Part shown: positions 28,876 to 38,234 of the stretch, piece by piece
Layout of the letters: each line of letters begins with the position of its first letter
Numbering within the stretch: the stretch's first letter is position 1
IMG/VR virus record: IMGVR_UViG_3300028048_001169
Coordinates: 64,001 to 128,000 of that record
Reading direction: 5' to 3' (one strand)
Source of the DNA: a virus
Lineage: Duplodnaviria > Caudoviricetes
Length of the DNA: 64,000 bases
Translations under genes and position numbers: made by a program
Notes under the pieces: generated by a model
Database searches by the model: none
Seen by the model: the letters and a program-made list of their open reading frames with translations, nothing else
Told to the model about the DNA's origin: nothing

Positions 28876-29799
28876 ATGATGTACGAAAACAATCAGCAGA
28901 TGCCAGGAGCTCAGTGGGGTAACTATAACATTGGAAATGCAGGAATGCAGTTCGGTGGTGTAAATTATAATCAGGCTCCGCAGCAGAAGAACGTATTAAC
29001 AGCAGAAGAGATCTCTATGCTTATGAAGAAGGAGAATCAGTTTACACTGGTACTCTCTGAGACAGACAAGCTTAAGGCTTTCTGCACACATAAGCTTCCG
29101 CAGCCAAAGCCAGATGGAACTAATGATTCATTAGTAGATAATCCAGATGGAACTTGCACATGCTCTATTTGCGGATATACATTCAGACCGATCAATGCTG
29201 GTGTATCTACAGAGGAGCTTAATGAAGCTGTTAGCGCAGTTCTTGATGTTCTTCAGACAATCAAGATGATCTGGATCGATATTGATCCTAAGGTAGTAAG
29301 AGAATATTTCCAGATCATTCCATTACTGGAGAAGATCCCACATCTGTTCGATATTGCTGTTAAGAATTATTCTAAGCATGAGAACTTCAATCCATATTAT
29401 CAGGGTAATGATTCTATGGGAACAATGCAGGTATTCTCTATGCTTAGTGGAATGCTTAATGGACAGAATCCAGGCGGATTCCAGCAGCCTCAGATGAATC
29501 CACAGATGAATATGGGTGGATATTATCAGCAGCCAGTACAGCCACAGCCAATGGCTCAGCCATATGCAGCTAACGGATTCCAGAGTAATGGATTTGGATA
29601 TGCTGGTCCACAGGCAGGATATCAGCCACAGACAGCAGGATATCAGACAACATATGGTCAGCCACAGCCACAGGCAGTTGCACCACAGCAGCCAGTAACT
29701 CCACAGCCACAGGTTCCACCAACAAAGGTCGTTGATTCTACAGCAACAGAAGTAAAGACATCTGATGGTAATACCGTAACTGCTGAGTTCAAAGCATAA
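28876..29799 (+). CDS. Zn-finger protein with Q/P/G/Y-rich low-complexity arms
   Basis: CTH...CTCSICG core; QPQ/GYQ-rich C-terminus; strong codon bias. Confidence 0.8.
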   Translation: MMYENNQQMPGAQWGNYNIGNAGMQFGGVNYNQAPQQKNVLTAEEISMLMKKENQFTLVLSETDKLKAFCTHKLPQPKPDGTNDSLVDNPDGTCTCSICGYTFRPINAGVSTEELNEAVSAVLDVLQTIKMIWIDIDPKVVREYFQIIPLLEKIPHLFDIAVKNYSKHENFNPYYQGNDSMGTMQVFSMLSGMLNGQNPGGFQQPQMNPQMNMGGYYQQPVQPQPMAQPYAANGFQSNGFGYAGPQAGYQPQTAGYQTTYGQPQPQAVAPQQPVTPQPQVPPTKVVDSTATEVKTSDGNTVTAEFKA

Positions 29800-29842
29800 T
29801 ATCATTCTTTAAGAGTAGCGCTACTTAAAGATTAAAGAAATT

Positions 29843-29971
29843 ATATTAGGAAATAACTTTTTGGAAATGAACGAGTGATCCTAGGAATCACTAAAGTAAG
29901 AGTTGGGCGTCTTACAAGATCAAAGTATTTAGTCCATCCAAACTTCCTATATCAAGTTATATCCTAGTATA
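29843..29971 (+). ncRNA. candidate structured RNA (multibranch)
   Basis: 18-bp closing stem enclosing three inner helices, followed by a terminator. Confidence 0.35.
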
Positions 29972-29993
29972 CTCCTTATGCCAAATGAAATAT

Positions 29994-30029
29994 ACCATGT
30001 AGCCAGTAAGAGCTACATGGTTTTTATTT
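29994..30029 (+). terminator. intrinsic terminator
   Basis: ACCATGTAGC/GCTACATGGT plus T-tract. Confidence 0.85.
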
Positions 30030-30202
30030 GGTTATTATTTTATTTTTTGTTAGCTAGTATAATAACACTATTAGTATTGTCTCTCTTATCATAAACTAAC
30101 ATTACTTTGGTTGAATTCGTCAATTCTCCGATTGAAAATATATTATCAAAAAGAAACTTTAATCTTGATACTAAATGCATTAAAATGCAAAATGAAATTC
30201 AA

Positions 30203-30213
30203 TCATATATTAT
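30203..30213 (+). promoter_or_regulatory. early-type promoter TCATATATTAT
   Basis: Exact motif upstream of gyrB. Confidence 0.75.
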
Positions 30214-30337
30214 ATAATAAAGGAGGTAAAGTGAAAATGCAAAACAAAGTATATTTTTAAAAATAATCATAACCTAACTTTTAGTATAATGACGCTAATC
30301 ATCAAGGTTAAGAGTATATTGTAGAAAGGAACGGAAA

Positions 30338-31723
30338 ATGCCGAAGAAACTCACACAAGAAGAAATTCAGGCAATTGATAATTATTCAAATGAAATCAAG
30401 AAGTTTAAAGATTTCCAGACTGGTGTTAGAAATAGACCGGGTATGTATATTGGATCTCTTCAGAATAAAGGATTAAGATCTAGTATCAAAGAAATCTTTC
30501 AGAATGCAATTGACCAGATGCTAGATGATACCAGTCCATGTAATCATGTATCTTTAACCTATAATCAGATTACAAAAGAAGTTACCGTTACTGATAATGG
30601 TAAAGGTATTCCTGTAGATAAAGTTATTGAGATTATGACATCCTTACATACATCAAAGAACTTTAAGAAAGAGCCTTATCAGTATTCAGCAGGTACATAT
30701 GGTATGGGTGCTAGTATTGTAAATGCTTTAAGTACTTTATTTATAGTAGAATCATATAAGTATGATGGTACTGCTTATAGGATAGAATTCTCCAAAGGAT
30801 ATCCTAAAACAAATGCACCAAAGCCAATTAAGAATAAGGAGCACTTACAAGGTACAAAGATTTATTTTATTCCAGATGAAACAATCTTTGGTGAGATGAC
30901 ACTTGATTGGAAATATATCTATAAATTTGCTAAAGTCTTAATGTCATTGACTCCAATAAAGGAAGTACCAGGAGAATTAGATTTCTATGCTATTGATGAT
31001 AAAGGTGTAAAGCATCATGAGCATATTGTGAATAAAGATGGTTTATCTACCATATTAATTATGAAGGATATTAAACCTATCAATATTCCAATTACTTGCT
31101 TTGCTGATAGTGGTATCTGTAGAATAGAAACAGTCTTCTGTTATGATTCTGGAGATGCAAATGGTCCAGGTGATTTGAATGTAGAATCATATGCTAACTG
31201 GTCTCCTACTATGGGTGGTACTCATGTAGATGGAGTATTAGAAGGAATATCAAAATGGTTCTGTTCTTATATGAATAATATTTATTTAGCAGGTGCTGCT
31301 AAGAATAATAAGAAAAAGAAACCATTACGTGTAACACCAGCTGATACAAAAACTGGACTTAATATAGTAATTCATGGTGCCCATCTATATCCAGAATATT
31401 CAGCTCAGGCAAAAGAAGTATTATCAAATCCAGATATGCAAGAATTTGCTAGAGATGCTGTAATGAAAGGATTAGATACTTGGGCAAAACAAAATCCAAA
31501 AGATTTATCAATTCTTTCTAAATATCTAAAAGATATTGCTGAATTAAGAATGAAAGAATCTGGTGAAAAAGCAAAGATCGCCAATAAATATACATCAAAC
31601 GTTTTAACAGGATATCCGAGAAAATTTGCTAAACCTCTAAAAGAGAAAAAAGAATTTATAATCGTGGAAGGTGATTCCGCGGCTGGAACGGTTAAAAAAG
31701 GAAGAGATGTAAACTGCCAAGGT
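30338..31723 (+). CDS. gyrB: type IIA topoisomerase subunit B, exon 1 (GHKL ATPase, transducer, start of TOPRIM)
   Basis: VRNRPGMYIG, EIFQNAIDQ, DNGKGIP, GTYGMGASIVNALS, GGTHVDG, IVEGDSAAG; ends ...NCQG at a U. Confidence 0.92.
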
Positions 31724-32157
31724 AAACTGATGCCCCATATTATAGCAATATAGTATGTGTAGATTTTTGAATTGCTGGGAAAGGCTAAGGCTCTCTTGCC
31801 TATATGGAGACGAAAGTCAGAAACAAGTAGAGAGATGATATATGGTGAAATAAAAGCCATTGAGTCTAATCAACCCAATGGTCCTAAGTATTGTGATAAT
31901 GTTTGATCAGCAGCTAAGATTTTGTATTTATTTAAGGCTGTAATAAATATAAAATAAAGTTCAACGACTATCCCGTATAACGGATGTGAAAATCATCAAT
32001 TGGAGTAGGGCCTAAGCAGGTAGGTGAGAATCCTTTAAATCGAAGTGGAAATCGTCTATAAATATTTATAGATATTGATATAGTCTCAACGTCTAGGTAA
32101 CACCTAGAGAAGTTCATAAGAGAACTGCATAGTGTAGCGAACTATGTGAAGATACTG
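31724..32157 (+). mobile_element. group I intron 1 in gyrB (no ORF, 434 nt)
   Basis: P AATTGCTGGGAA, Q ATCAGCAGC, R TCAACGACTA, S GATATAGTCT; U before the 5' splice site, terminal G; splicing restores QG|VFPIRGK. Confidence 0.88.
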
Positions 32158-32349
32158 GTCTTTCCTATACGAGGAAAAATGCCAAATGCTTTCCGTACTT
32201 CTAGATCTAACTTCTTTGCTAACGAAGAAGTACAGGGAATCTATAAGATAATTACTGGTAATGATATTAGTAATTATAATAAACACTTAGATCCAATAAA
32301 AGATGTAGAGTGGGAAAAGATTATTATAATGGCTGATGCCGATGTGGAT
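32158..32349 (+). CDS. gyrB: gyrB exon 2 (TOPRIM)
   Basis: VFPIRGKMPN...KIIIMADADVD. Confidence 0.9.
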
Positions 32350-33446
32350 AAATTCGTATTATTAGATGCTAGATAATACGAGACCGTCCGAAAATACTTT
32401 TCGCAAAGACCATGCGGGTCATTAATATGGCTAACGGTAGAAGTTGGATAAGACTGTCATATGAAGCCGAGAGGAGATATATGACCAAAGAAAAAAGACG
32501 AAGCAGCTTCAGAAGAAACGCTAAGGTCCAGAAATGGATAGCTGCCAAAACCGTGTGAATCTATTAATATTTTAGCATGTATATTACATATCATTATTAT
32601 ACGATAGGGAGGTATAACAATGATAGGTATATACAAAATCACAAATTTAGTAACTGGAAGATGTTACATAGGACAATCTAAAGATATAGATGAAAGATTT
32701 AAACAGCATTTTTATCATTCAGACTCTATTGTAGATAAAAACTTAAAGTTATATGGAAAAGATCACTTTAAGTTCGAAGTTTTAGAAGTTTGTAATGAAA
32801 ATGAATTAGATGAAAAAGAAGCATACTATATAAGAAAATATAATAGTATTATGTATGGGTATAATCTAATTCAAGGAGGTCAGCACAATATTGGTGAAAG
32901 CAATCCCAATTCCAAATTAACAGAAATTGATATTTATAATATAAGAGAAATGTATAAAAACCATAATAATAAGAGAGATGTATATTCTAAATATTCTGAC
33001 AAAATATCTGAATATTATTTTTCAAATTTATGGGAAGGTAAGAGTTGGACCAATATACATATGGATGTATATACAAAAGAAAATATTGATTATTATAAAT
33101 ATAAAACTTCTGTTGGTGAAAATAGCTTTAATTCTAAATTTACAGATCAAGAAGTAATGGAATTGCGAACCGAATATATTAATAAAAATGCTAGAGAAAT
33201 TTATGAATCTGTAAAAGATAAATGTAGCTACAACACATTGCAATCTATATTGTGGGGTAGATATTACAAACATCTTCCGGTATATGATAAAAAGAATAAA
33301 ATGTGGAAAAATTAATAGAAGCATGTATCGACTATCCTCTTGAGGAGGAGTACTCTTGCTATTGGTACGCGAGGGGAAATAGTATTCTAGTAATCATACT
33401 AGTAAAATATAGTCAGGCTTAATATGAAAATATTAAGATGTGCACG
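32350..33446 (+). mobile_element. group I intron 2 in gyrB (1097 nt) carrying a homing endonuclease
   Basis: P1 GGAT/GTCC, GCTAACGGT..AACCGTG, R ATCGACTAT, S AATATAGTCA, terminal G; splicing restores DADVD|GAHI. Confidence 0.88.
32620..33315 (+). CDS. intron-encoded GIY-YIG homing endonuclease
   Basis: GIYKITN..CYIGQS..RFKQH; two C-terminal GExxxNSKxT repeats. Confidence 0.92.
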   Translation: MIGIYKITNLVTGRCYIGQSKDIDERFKQHFYHSDSIVDKNLKLYGKDHFKFEVLEVCNENELDEKEAYYIRKYNSIMYGYNLIQGGQHNIGESNPNSKLTEIDIYNIREMYKNHNNKRDVYSKYSDKISEYYFSNLWEGKSWTNIHMDVYTKENIDYYKYKTSVGENSFNSKFTDQEVMELRTEYINKNAREIYESVKDKCSYNTLQSILWGRYYKHLPVYDKKNKMWKN

Positions 33447-34307
33447 GGAGCACATATAGCATCATTGTTTATTCGATTCATATTCATGTATATGCCTCAG
33501 CTTATCGAAGCAGGTAAAGTATATAAAGCAGTACCTCCATTATATTCTATTCCTGTAGGTAAGAATGAAGAATATTTTATACAGAATATTGATTTCGTAA
33601 AGTATGTACAGAAGTTATTTGCTAAGAATAACAATCTGTCTCATATGAATAAGAAGAACATGACACCGAAAGAATGTACTGTATTCTTTATGCAAAACCA
33701 GGATTACGTATATTGGTTAGAGAAACTTAGTAAGACCTATGCAGTAAATCCTAAGTTAATGGAGATGGCTTTATTTGATTATTACAATAAGACATCGTTC
33801 AAAGCATTAAAGAAACATGTAGAAGATGCTTATCGATTCATGACAGTTAAGAAAGAGAAAGATACATTAATTTATGAGGGTATTATTGGAGATGCAAATA
33901 TTCTCTTTATGAATGATCGTCTCGTAAACGACTGTAAGCCTATTCTTGATATTATTGAAAAGAATAAAGAGCTGCAGTATCGCATGAATGGTGCAGTATG
34001 TACAATCTACGATGTCATGAAGGGCTTTGAAAAGGCTCAACCAAATCATCTACAGAGATATAAGGGTCTGGGTGAGATGGATGAAGATCAACTTGCTGTA
34101 TCTACATTAATCCCTGCAGGAAGTAGTGTAAAGATATCAAAAGATGGTAGTAATAAGAAAGTCGAAGTATATGGAAACAGAACACTGATTCGATATACAT
34201 TAGAAGACATCAAGGAGGAAGTAGGAATTGTTAGACAGTTTGAGTCAGACTTCTCACAGCTGTTTAAATATGTCGGCAATGTAACCAGACAGGATTTGTT
34301 AGATTAA
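33447..34307 (+). CDS. gyrB: gyrB exon 3
   Basis: GAHIASL, GKVYKAVPPLY, LQRYKGLGEMDEDQL. Confidence 0.92.
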   Translation, partial: GAHIASLFIRFIFMYMPQLIEAGKVYKAVPPLYSIPVGKNEEYFIQNIDFVKYVQKLFAKNNNLSHMNKKNMTPKECTVFFMQNQDYVYWLEKLSKTYAVNPKLMEMALFDYYNKTSFKALKKHVEDAYRFMTVKKEKDTLIYEGIIGDANILFMNDRLVNDCKPILDIIEKNKELQYRMNGAVCTIYDVMKGFEKAQPNHLQRYKGLGEMDEDQLAVSTLIPAGSSVKISKDGSNKKVEVYGNRTLIRYTLEDIKEEVGIVRQFESDFSQLFKYVGNVTRQDLLD

Positions 34308-34317
34308 GGAGAATAAA

Positions 34318-34488
34318 TTGGTTCAAAGACTAGTAGATGGAATCGGAAACTTAGGATTTATTCCGAAAGCGTTCATTGTAGTTTTTGTATTATTAGGAAT
34401 GATATTAATGAATCCAAAAGAAGATTCATTGGATGACTTCGACAAATGGGAGGAACAAGATGGTAGTTCCGGTAGACGCCGTCATTAA
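34318..34488 (+). CDS. 56-aa single-TM protein (TTG start; not in the ORF track)
   Basis: AAGGAG RBS; hydrophobic AFIVVFVLLGMILM. Confidence 0.5.
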   Translation: MVQRLVDGIGNLGFIPKAFIVVFVLLGMILMNPKEDSLDDFDKWEEQDGSSGRRRH

Positions 34489-34885
34489 TCCAAATGACGC
34501 AAGTGTACTATGGTATGATATCCCGAACTTTCCAGGATATCAAATATCAAATAATGGGTATATACGGTCATTCAAACAATACCGTAAGTACCCATTAGGT
34601 ACTTTAGTAAAATTCTGTAATAAAGAATGTACTAAGATTCAATTAACTAATAGCAACAATCAAAGGGTAATAGTAACAATACAAATGATACATGAGCTTG
34701 TTTCAAAATATCAGATACAACCGGATGGAACTTGTTCGGTGAAGATTCAGGGGAGAAATAGTCGTATGTGTATCAATCCTGATCAAGATATTGACTATGG
34801 AGTTGTAGTATCTAAACCAGTTCCAGTAAACAATGAGCCGGTTTCAATGCCAACGTTTAATATACCAGACGTTCCATTGGAATAA
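34460..34885 (+). CDS. NUMOD4-domain protein without a recognisable HNH domain
   Basis: WYDIPNFPGYQISNNGYIRS. Confidence 0.7.
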   Translation: MVVPVDAVINPNDASVLWYDIPNFPGYQISNNGYIRSFKQYRKYPLGTLVKFCNKECTKIQLTNSNNQRVIVTIQMIHELVSKYQIQPDGTCSVKIQGRNSRMCINPDQDIDYGVVVSKPVPVNNEPVSMPTFNIPDVPLE

Positions 34886-34898
34886 GAGTGGAGGAAGT

Positions 34899-35303
34899 AT
34901 GAAAAAGAGATTATCAATGTTATTAGCAACTGGAGTTATTTTGTCTAGTGCTATTCTATTCAGTGGATGTGAAGATGAGTCTATTAGGGTGAATGAAAAC
35001 ATTACACAGCAGGCTCAGAACTTTAACGTTTATCGCCGTGTCACTGTGATTAATTGTATTAAAGGAGATACATTATTCACAATGGAAGGATTGATGAATA
35101 TTGAAGCTGATACTAAAGACAAACAATTAGAGATTATTGTTGAGACTGATAAAGGTAAATATAAGAAACACTTTATTGGTCTATCTGATAATGTAACTTA
35201 TACTGTAGAAGATATTTCAGGATCTCAGGTATCTAAATATCATTATGAGATTAATTATAATCCTAAGATGTGGATTCCATTTGAGTTTAAGAATATTGAT
35301 TAA
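34899..35303 (+). CDS. lipoprotein
   Basis: MKKR plus hydrophobic signal peptide and FSGC lipobox. Confidence 0.75.
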   Translation: MKKRLSMLLATGVILSSAILFSGCEDESIRVNENITQQAQNFNVYRRVTVINCIKGDTLFTMEGLMNIEADTKDKQLEIIVETDKGKYKKHFIGLSDNVTYTVEDISGSQVSKYHYEINYNPKMWIPFEFKNID

Positions 35304-35326
35304 GGAGGATAAGGAGGGGAGTCCTT

Positions 35327-35503
35327 ACGAATAATATTCAATTAGAAACAATTAAAGTTGGTCCAGTAAATCCTATTAATCCAGCAACAGATTATGATTA
35401 TCATCAGAGAGAATACGGTAATCACAAATCTAAGAAAGCTGAAGATATATTTCAGGATAAATTAGACCAAGAAATAAAGAAACTTAGAACAGGTAAAAAT
35501 TAA
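35327..35503 (+). pseudogene. 58-codon ORF with a strong RBS but no ATG/GTG/TTG start
   Basis: AAGGAGGGGA followed by CTT ACG; protein-like reading frame. Confidence 0.35.
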
Positions 35504-35520
35504 GATTTACATTAATACGT

Positions 35521-35670
35521 ACATCTTAGTAATGGCTAAATAATATGTAATACATGGTTTTCACTTCAACTTTTATCATGTAATCAATCTTGGACTGCCT
35601 CCAATTCATAAATATTATTTAGTCAAGATCTTCTTTGGGCTTAGAGGTTTGCTGTTCTCTAAGCCCATTT
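35521..35670 (+). ncRNA. candidate small RNA with ACAT-N5-TA promoter (35521-35531) and terminator (35636-35670)
   Basis: 14-bp closing stem, two inner hairpins with C/U-rich loops, no ORF. Confidence 0.5.
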
Positions 35671-35700
35671 AATGTAAATTCAATAGAAGGGAAATAAAAT

Positions 35701-38076
35701 ATGTCAATCGATAAAGAAAATATTATCGAGAAAGATGCCGCTACGTTGTATCGAGACGATATGGTCAAGTATCTTATTATTATTAATAGACGTAGAGCAT
35801 TCCCCGATGTTATAGATGGATTTAAACCAATTCAGAGAAGATTAATCTATGATATGTTTAAGCAGGGTGCTACCTCTTTTAAGAATAGAATTAAATCTTC
35901 TGCTATTGTCGGAGATACTATGAAGAATTTCTCCGGTCATGGTGATAGTGGTACATATGGTGCTCTAGAACCAATGGCAAGTTGGTATAAGGTTAAAATG
36001 CCATTAATCGCAACAAAAGGTAACTGGGGATCAATTATGGGTGACGGTCCAGCTGCCGCACGATATACAGAGGCTGGTTTAACCGATTTCTGTTTTGAAA
36101 ATGTCATTGGAGAATTAAGAGATTCTAAGGGTGTAGTAGATTGGATTGATAACTATTCAAGAACAACCTATGAACCAGAATTCTTACCAGTAAGATTACC
36201 ATTATTATTAATCAATGGATCGTTTGGTATTGGTGTAGGAATTGCTACAAATATACCTACTCATAATCTTGTTGAAGTTTGTGAAGAGACACGTAAACTG
36301 ATTAAGGATCCTAACTATTCTCCATATCTAGTACCAGACTGCTGCCAGCCTTGTAAGATTATTGGTGATGAGAAAACCTTTAAGCAGATTTGTAGAACTG
36401 GTACTGGTAAATACCGTGTAAGAGGTAATGTAACAACTGGTGAACAAAAAGGTCATCCTATGATTTATATTCATAGTTTACCAGATGGTGTATCTACTAG
36501 TAAGGTCGTTGATAAACTCAACGATATAGTAGCAGCAAAACAATTACCAATGATTCAGGATATTTTTGATGCATCTACATCAAATGTAGATATTCGTATC
36601 AAACTTCGTAAAGGTTCTGATCCTAATTACGTTGTTCAGGTATTATATACAAAGACTGATGTAGAAACTCCTGTATCTGTAAACTTCCAAGTTGTACAGG
36701 GAGTTAATCCAAAGAGAATGGGTTATAAGGAATACTTGAACAGCTTTATTCAGCAGAGAGCTACAACAAAGTTCCGTCTGTATTGTAATAAGCTGAAAGA
36801 TTCAACCACTCGTTGGAATCAGTTGACTGCTTATATTAAGATTATGGAATCTGGTAAGTTAGATCAGCTGGTTAAGATGATTCGTAAGAATAAGTCTATC
36901 AGTACAGATGAATTAACCGAGTTCTTAATCAAGAAGATTAAAGTAAACGATCTCCAAGCAAAGTTTATTCTTGATACAAATATTGCTCGTTTATCCGAGG
37001 GATATTATAAGAAGTATAAGAATGAATTAAAAGAATTAGTACCAATGATGGAGTATTATCGTTCTGTCGTAGAGGGTAATGGATCTGCTATTCTGAAAGA
37101 GATTGATCATGAACTTCTTGAGATTGAAAAGAAGTATGGTACACCTAGATTATGTACAATGATGCGTTCTTCTGACGATACAAATATTCCTAAGGGAACA
37201 TTTAAAGTTGTTATCACAAAGAAGAATATGATTCGTAAAATACCAGATGCAGATAAGCTGAATGTTATCCGTGGTGATGATCCTAAGTTTGTAATTCGTG
37301 GAGATAATAGAGAATCTGTTCTCTTATTTGATAATAAGGGTAAAGTATTCAAATTACCAATCCATAAGATTCCTGTAACAGATAAGAGTGCTATGGGAAC
37401 CGATGTAAGAATTCTTTGTAAGAATCTCACTGCAAATATTCTTGCAGTATATTATGAACCTACGATCAAAAAGATTGTAGAAGGTAAGAGAAAGCATTTC
37501 TTAACTATTGTAACAAGATATAATACGATTAAGAATGTTGATCTCAATGACTTTGTCAATGTATCACCTTCTGGTTTAATGTACAGCAAGATCAAGGATA
37601 TGGATGAAGTTACTGGTTTAGGTATTGTTCCTGGAGACTTAGATATCATTATTTATTCTAAGCAGAAAGCATTACGTACTTCTATGAAGCAGCTACCAAT
37701 CTTCAAGAGAAGTGCTACTGGTAATAAAGCAATGAATACAAATAGTGAAGTAGAAGGTGTTGCTGTTGTATATCCTGATACGGAGTATATTGTAGTCATT
37801 ACAGAAAAAGGTAGAATCAATAAGTTTGCTGTATCAGGTTTATCAGCACATCGTAGAGGTGGAGCTGGAATGAACGTCATTAAGTTGAAACCAGGTGATA
37901 GTATTCGATCTATCTGTTGTGCAACAGATCGTGATGAAATTCGTATTGTTACTACGGATGGAGTTATAGAAATTCCTGTAGCAGATATTAAGTTACGTAC
38001 TAGTGTTGCTCCTGGAGATCAGATTCAGAAGTTCAAAGGAACAATTATTCGTTGTAACGTAATGATAAAGAAATAA
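35701..38076 (+). CDS. gyrA: type IIA topoisomerase subunit A (GyrA/ParC) with beta-pinwheel CTD
   Basis: RAFPDVIDGFKPIQRR, HGDSGTY, GNWGS, AAARYTE (catalytic Tyr), GIGVGIATNIPTHNL, CTD blades. Confidence 0.93.
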   Translation: MSIDKENIIEKDAATLYRDDMVKYLIIINRRRAFPDVIDGFKPIQRRLIYDMFKQGATSFKNRIKSSAIVGDTMKNFSGHGDSGTYGALEPMASWYKVKMPLIATKGNWGSIMGDGPAAARYTEAGLTDFCFENVIGELRDSKGVVDWIDNYSRTTYEPEFLPVRLPLLLINGSFGIGVGIATNIPTHNLVEVCEETRKLIKDPNYSPYLVPDCCQPCKIIGDEKTFKQICRTGTGKYRVRGNVTTGEQKGHPMIYIHSLPDGVSTSKVVDKLNDIVAAKQLPMIQDIFDASTSNVDIRIKLRKGSDPNYVVQVLYTKTDVETPVSVNFQVVQGVNPKRMGYKEYLNSFIQQRATTKFRLYCNKLKDSTTRWNQLTAYIKIMESGKLDQLVKMIRKNKSISTDELTEFLIKKIKVNDLQAKFILDTNIARLSEGYYKKYKNELKELVPMMEYYRSVVEGNGSAILKEIDHELLEIEKKYGTPRLCTMMRSSDDTNIPKGTFKVVITKKNMIRKIPDADKLNVIRGDDPKFVIRGDNRESVLLFDNKGKVFKLPIHKIPVTDKSAMGTDVRILCKNLTANILAVYYEPTIKKIVEGKRKHFLTIVTRYNTIKNVDLNDFVNVSPSGLMYSKIKDMDEVTGLGIVPGDLDIIIYSKQKALRTSMKQLPIFKRSATGNKAMNTNSEVEGVAVVYPDTEYIVVITEKGRINKFAVSGLSAHRRGGAGMNVIKLKPGDSIRSICCATDRDEIRIVTTDGVIEIPVADIKLRTSVAPGDQIQKFKGTIIRCNVMIKK

Positions 38077-38086
38077 TAATAAGACG

Positions 38087-38123
38087 GTGGTAGGAGTTAT
38101 ATCCTACCACTTTCTTTTTTTTT
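38087..38123 (+). terminator. intrinsic terminator
   Basis: GTGGTAGGA/TCCTACCAC plus long T-tract. Confidence 0.85.
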
Positions 38124-38234
38124 GTAAAAGTTCCGTATTTGAGTTATATAATATAGCGTTGTAAAGACAAAAGCAAAAATCCTAAATTAATAATTTAGGT
38201 CGGTGGAGATAGTATCAAGAGCCGAGGAGAAACT

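Noticed and set aside
29865-29900. Hammerhead ribozyme (TGAACGA-stem-TAAA)
   Set aside because: Core departs from CUGANGA and GAAA, and no matching stem III with a cleavage triplet was found
30338-34307. gyrB as a frameshifted pseudogene or three separate genes
   Set aside because: Group I intron cores and exact restoration of conserved motifs explain the breaks; ORF-track ends 31753, 32146-32376 and 33438 include intron sequence
34460-34885. Active free-standing HNH homing endonuclease
   Set aside because: Only the NUMOD4 motif is present; catalytic HNH residues are not evident
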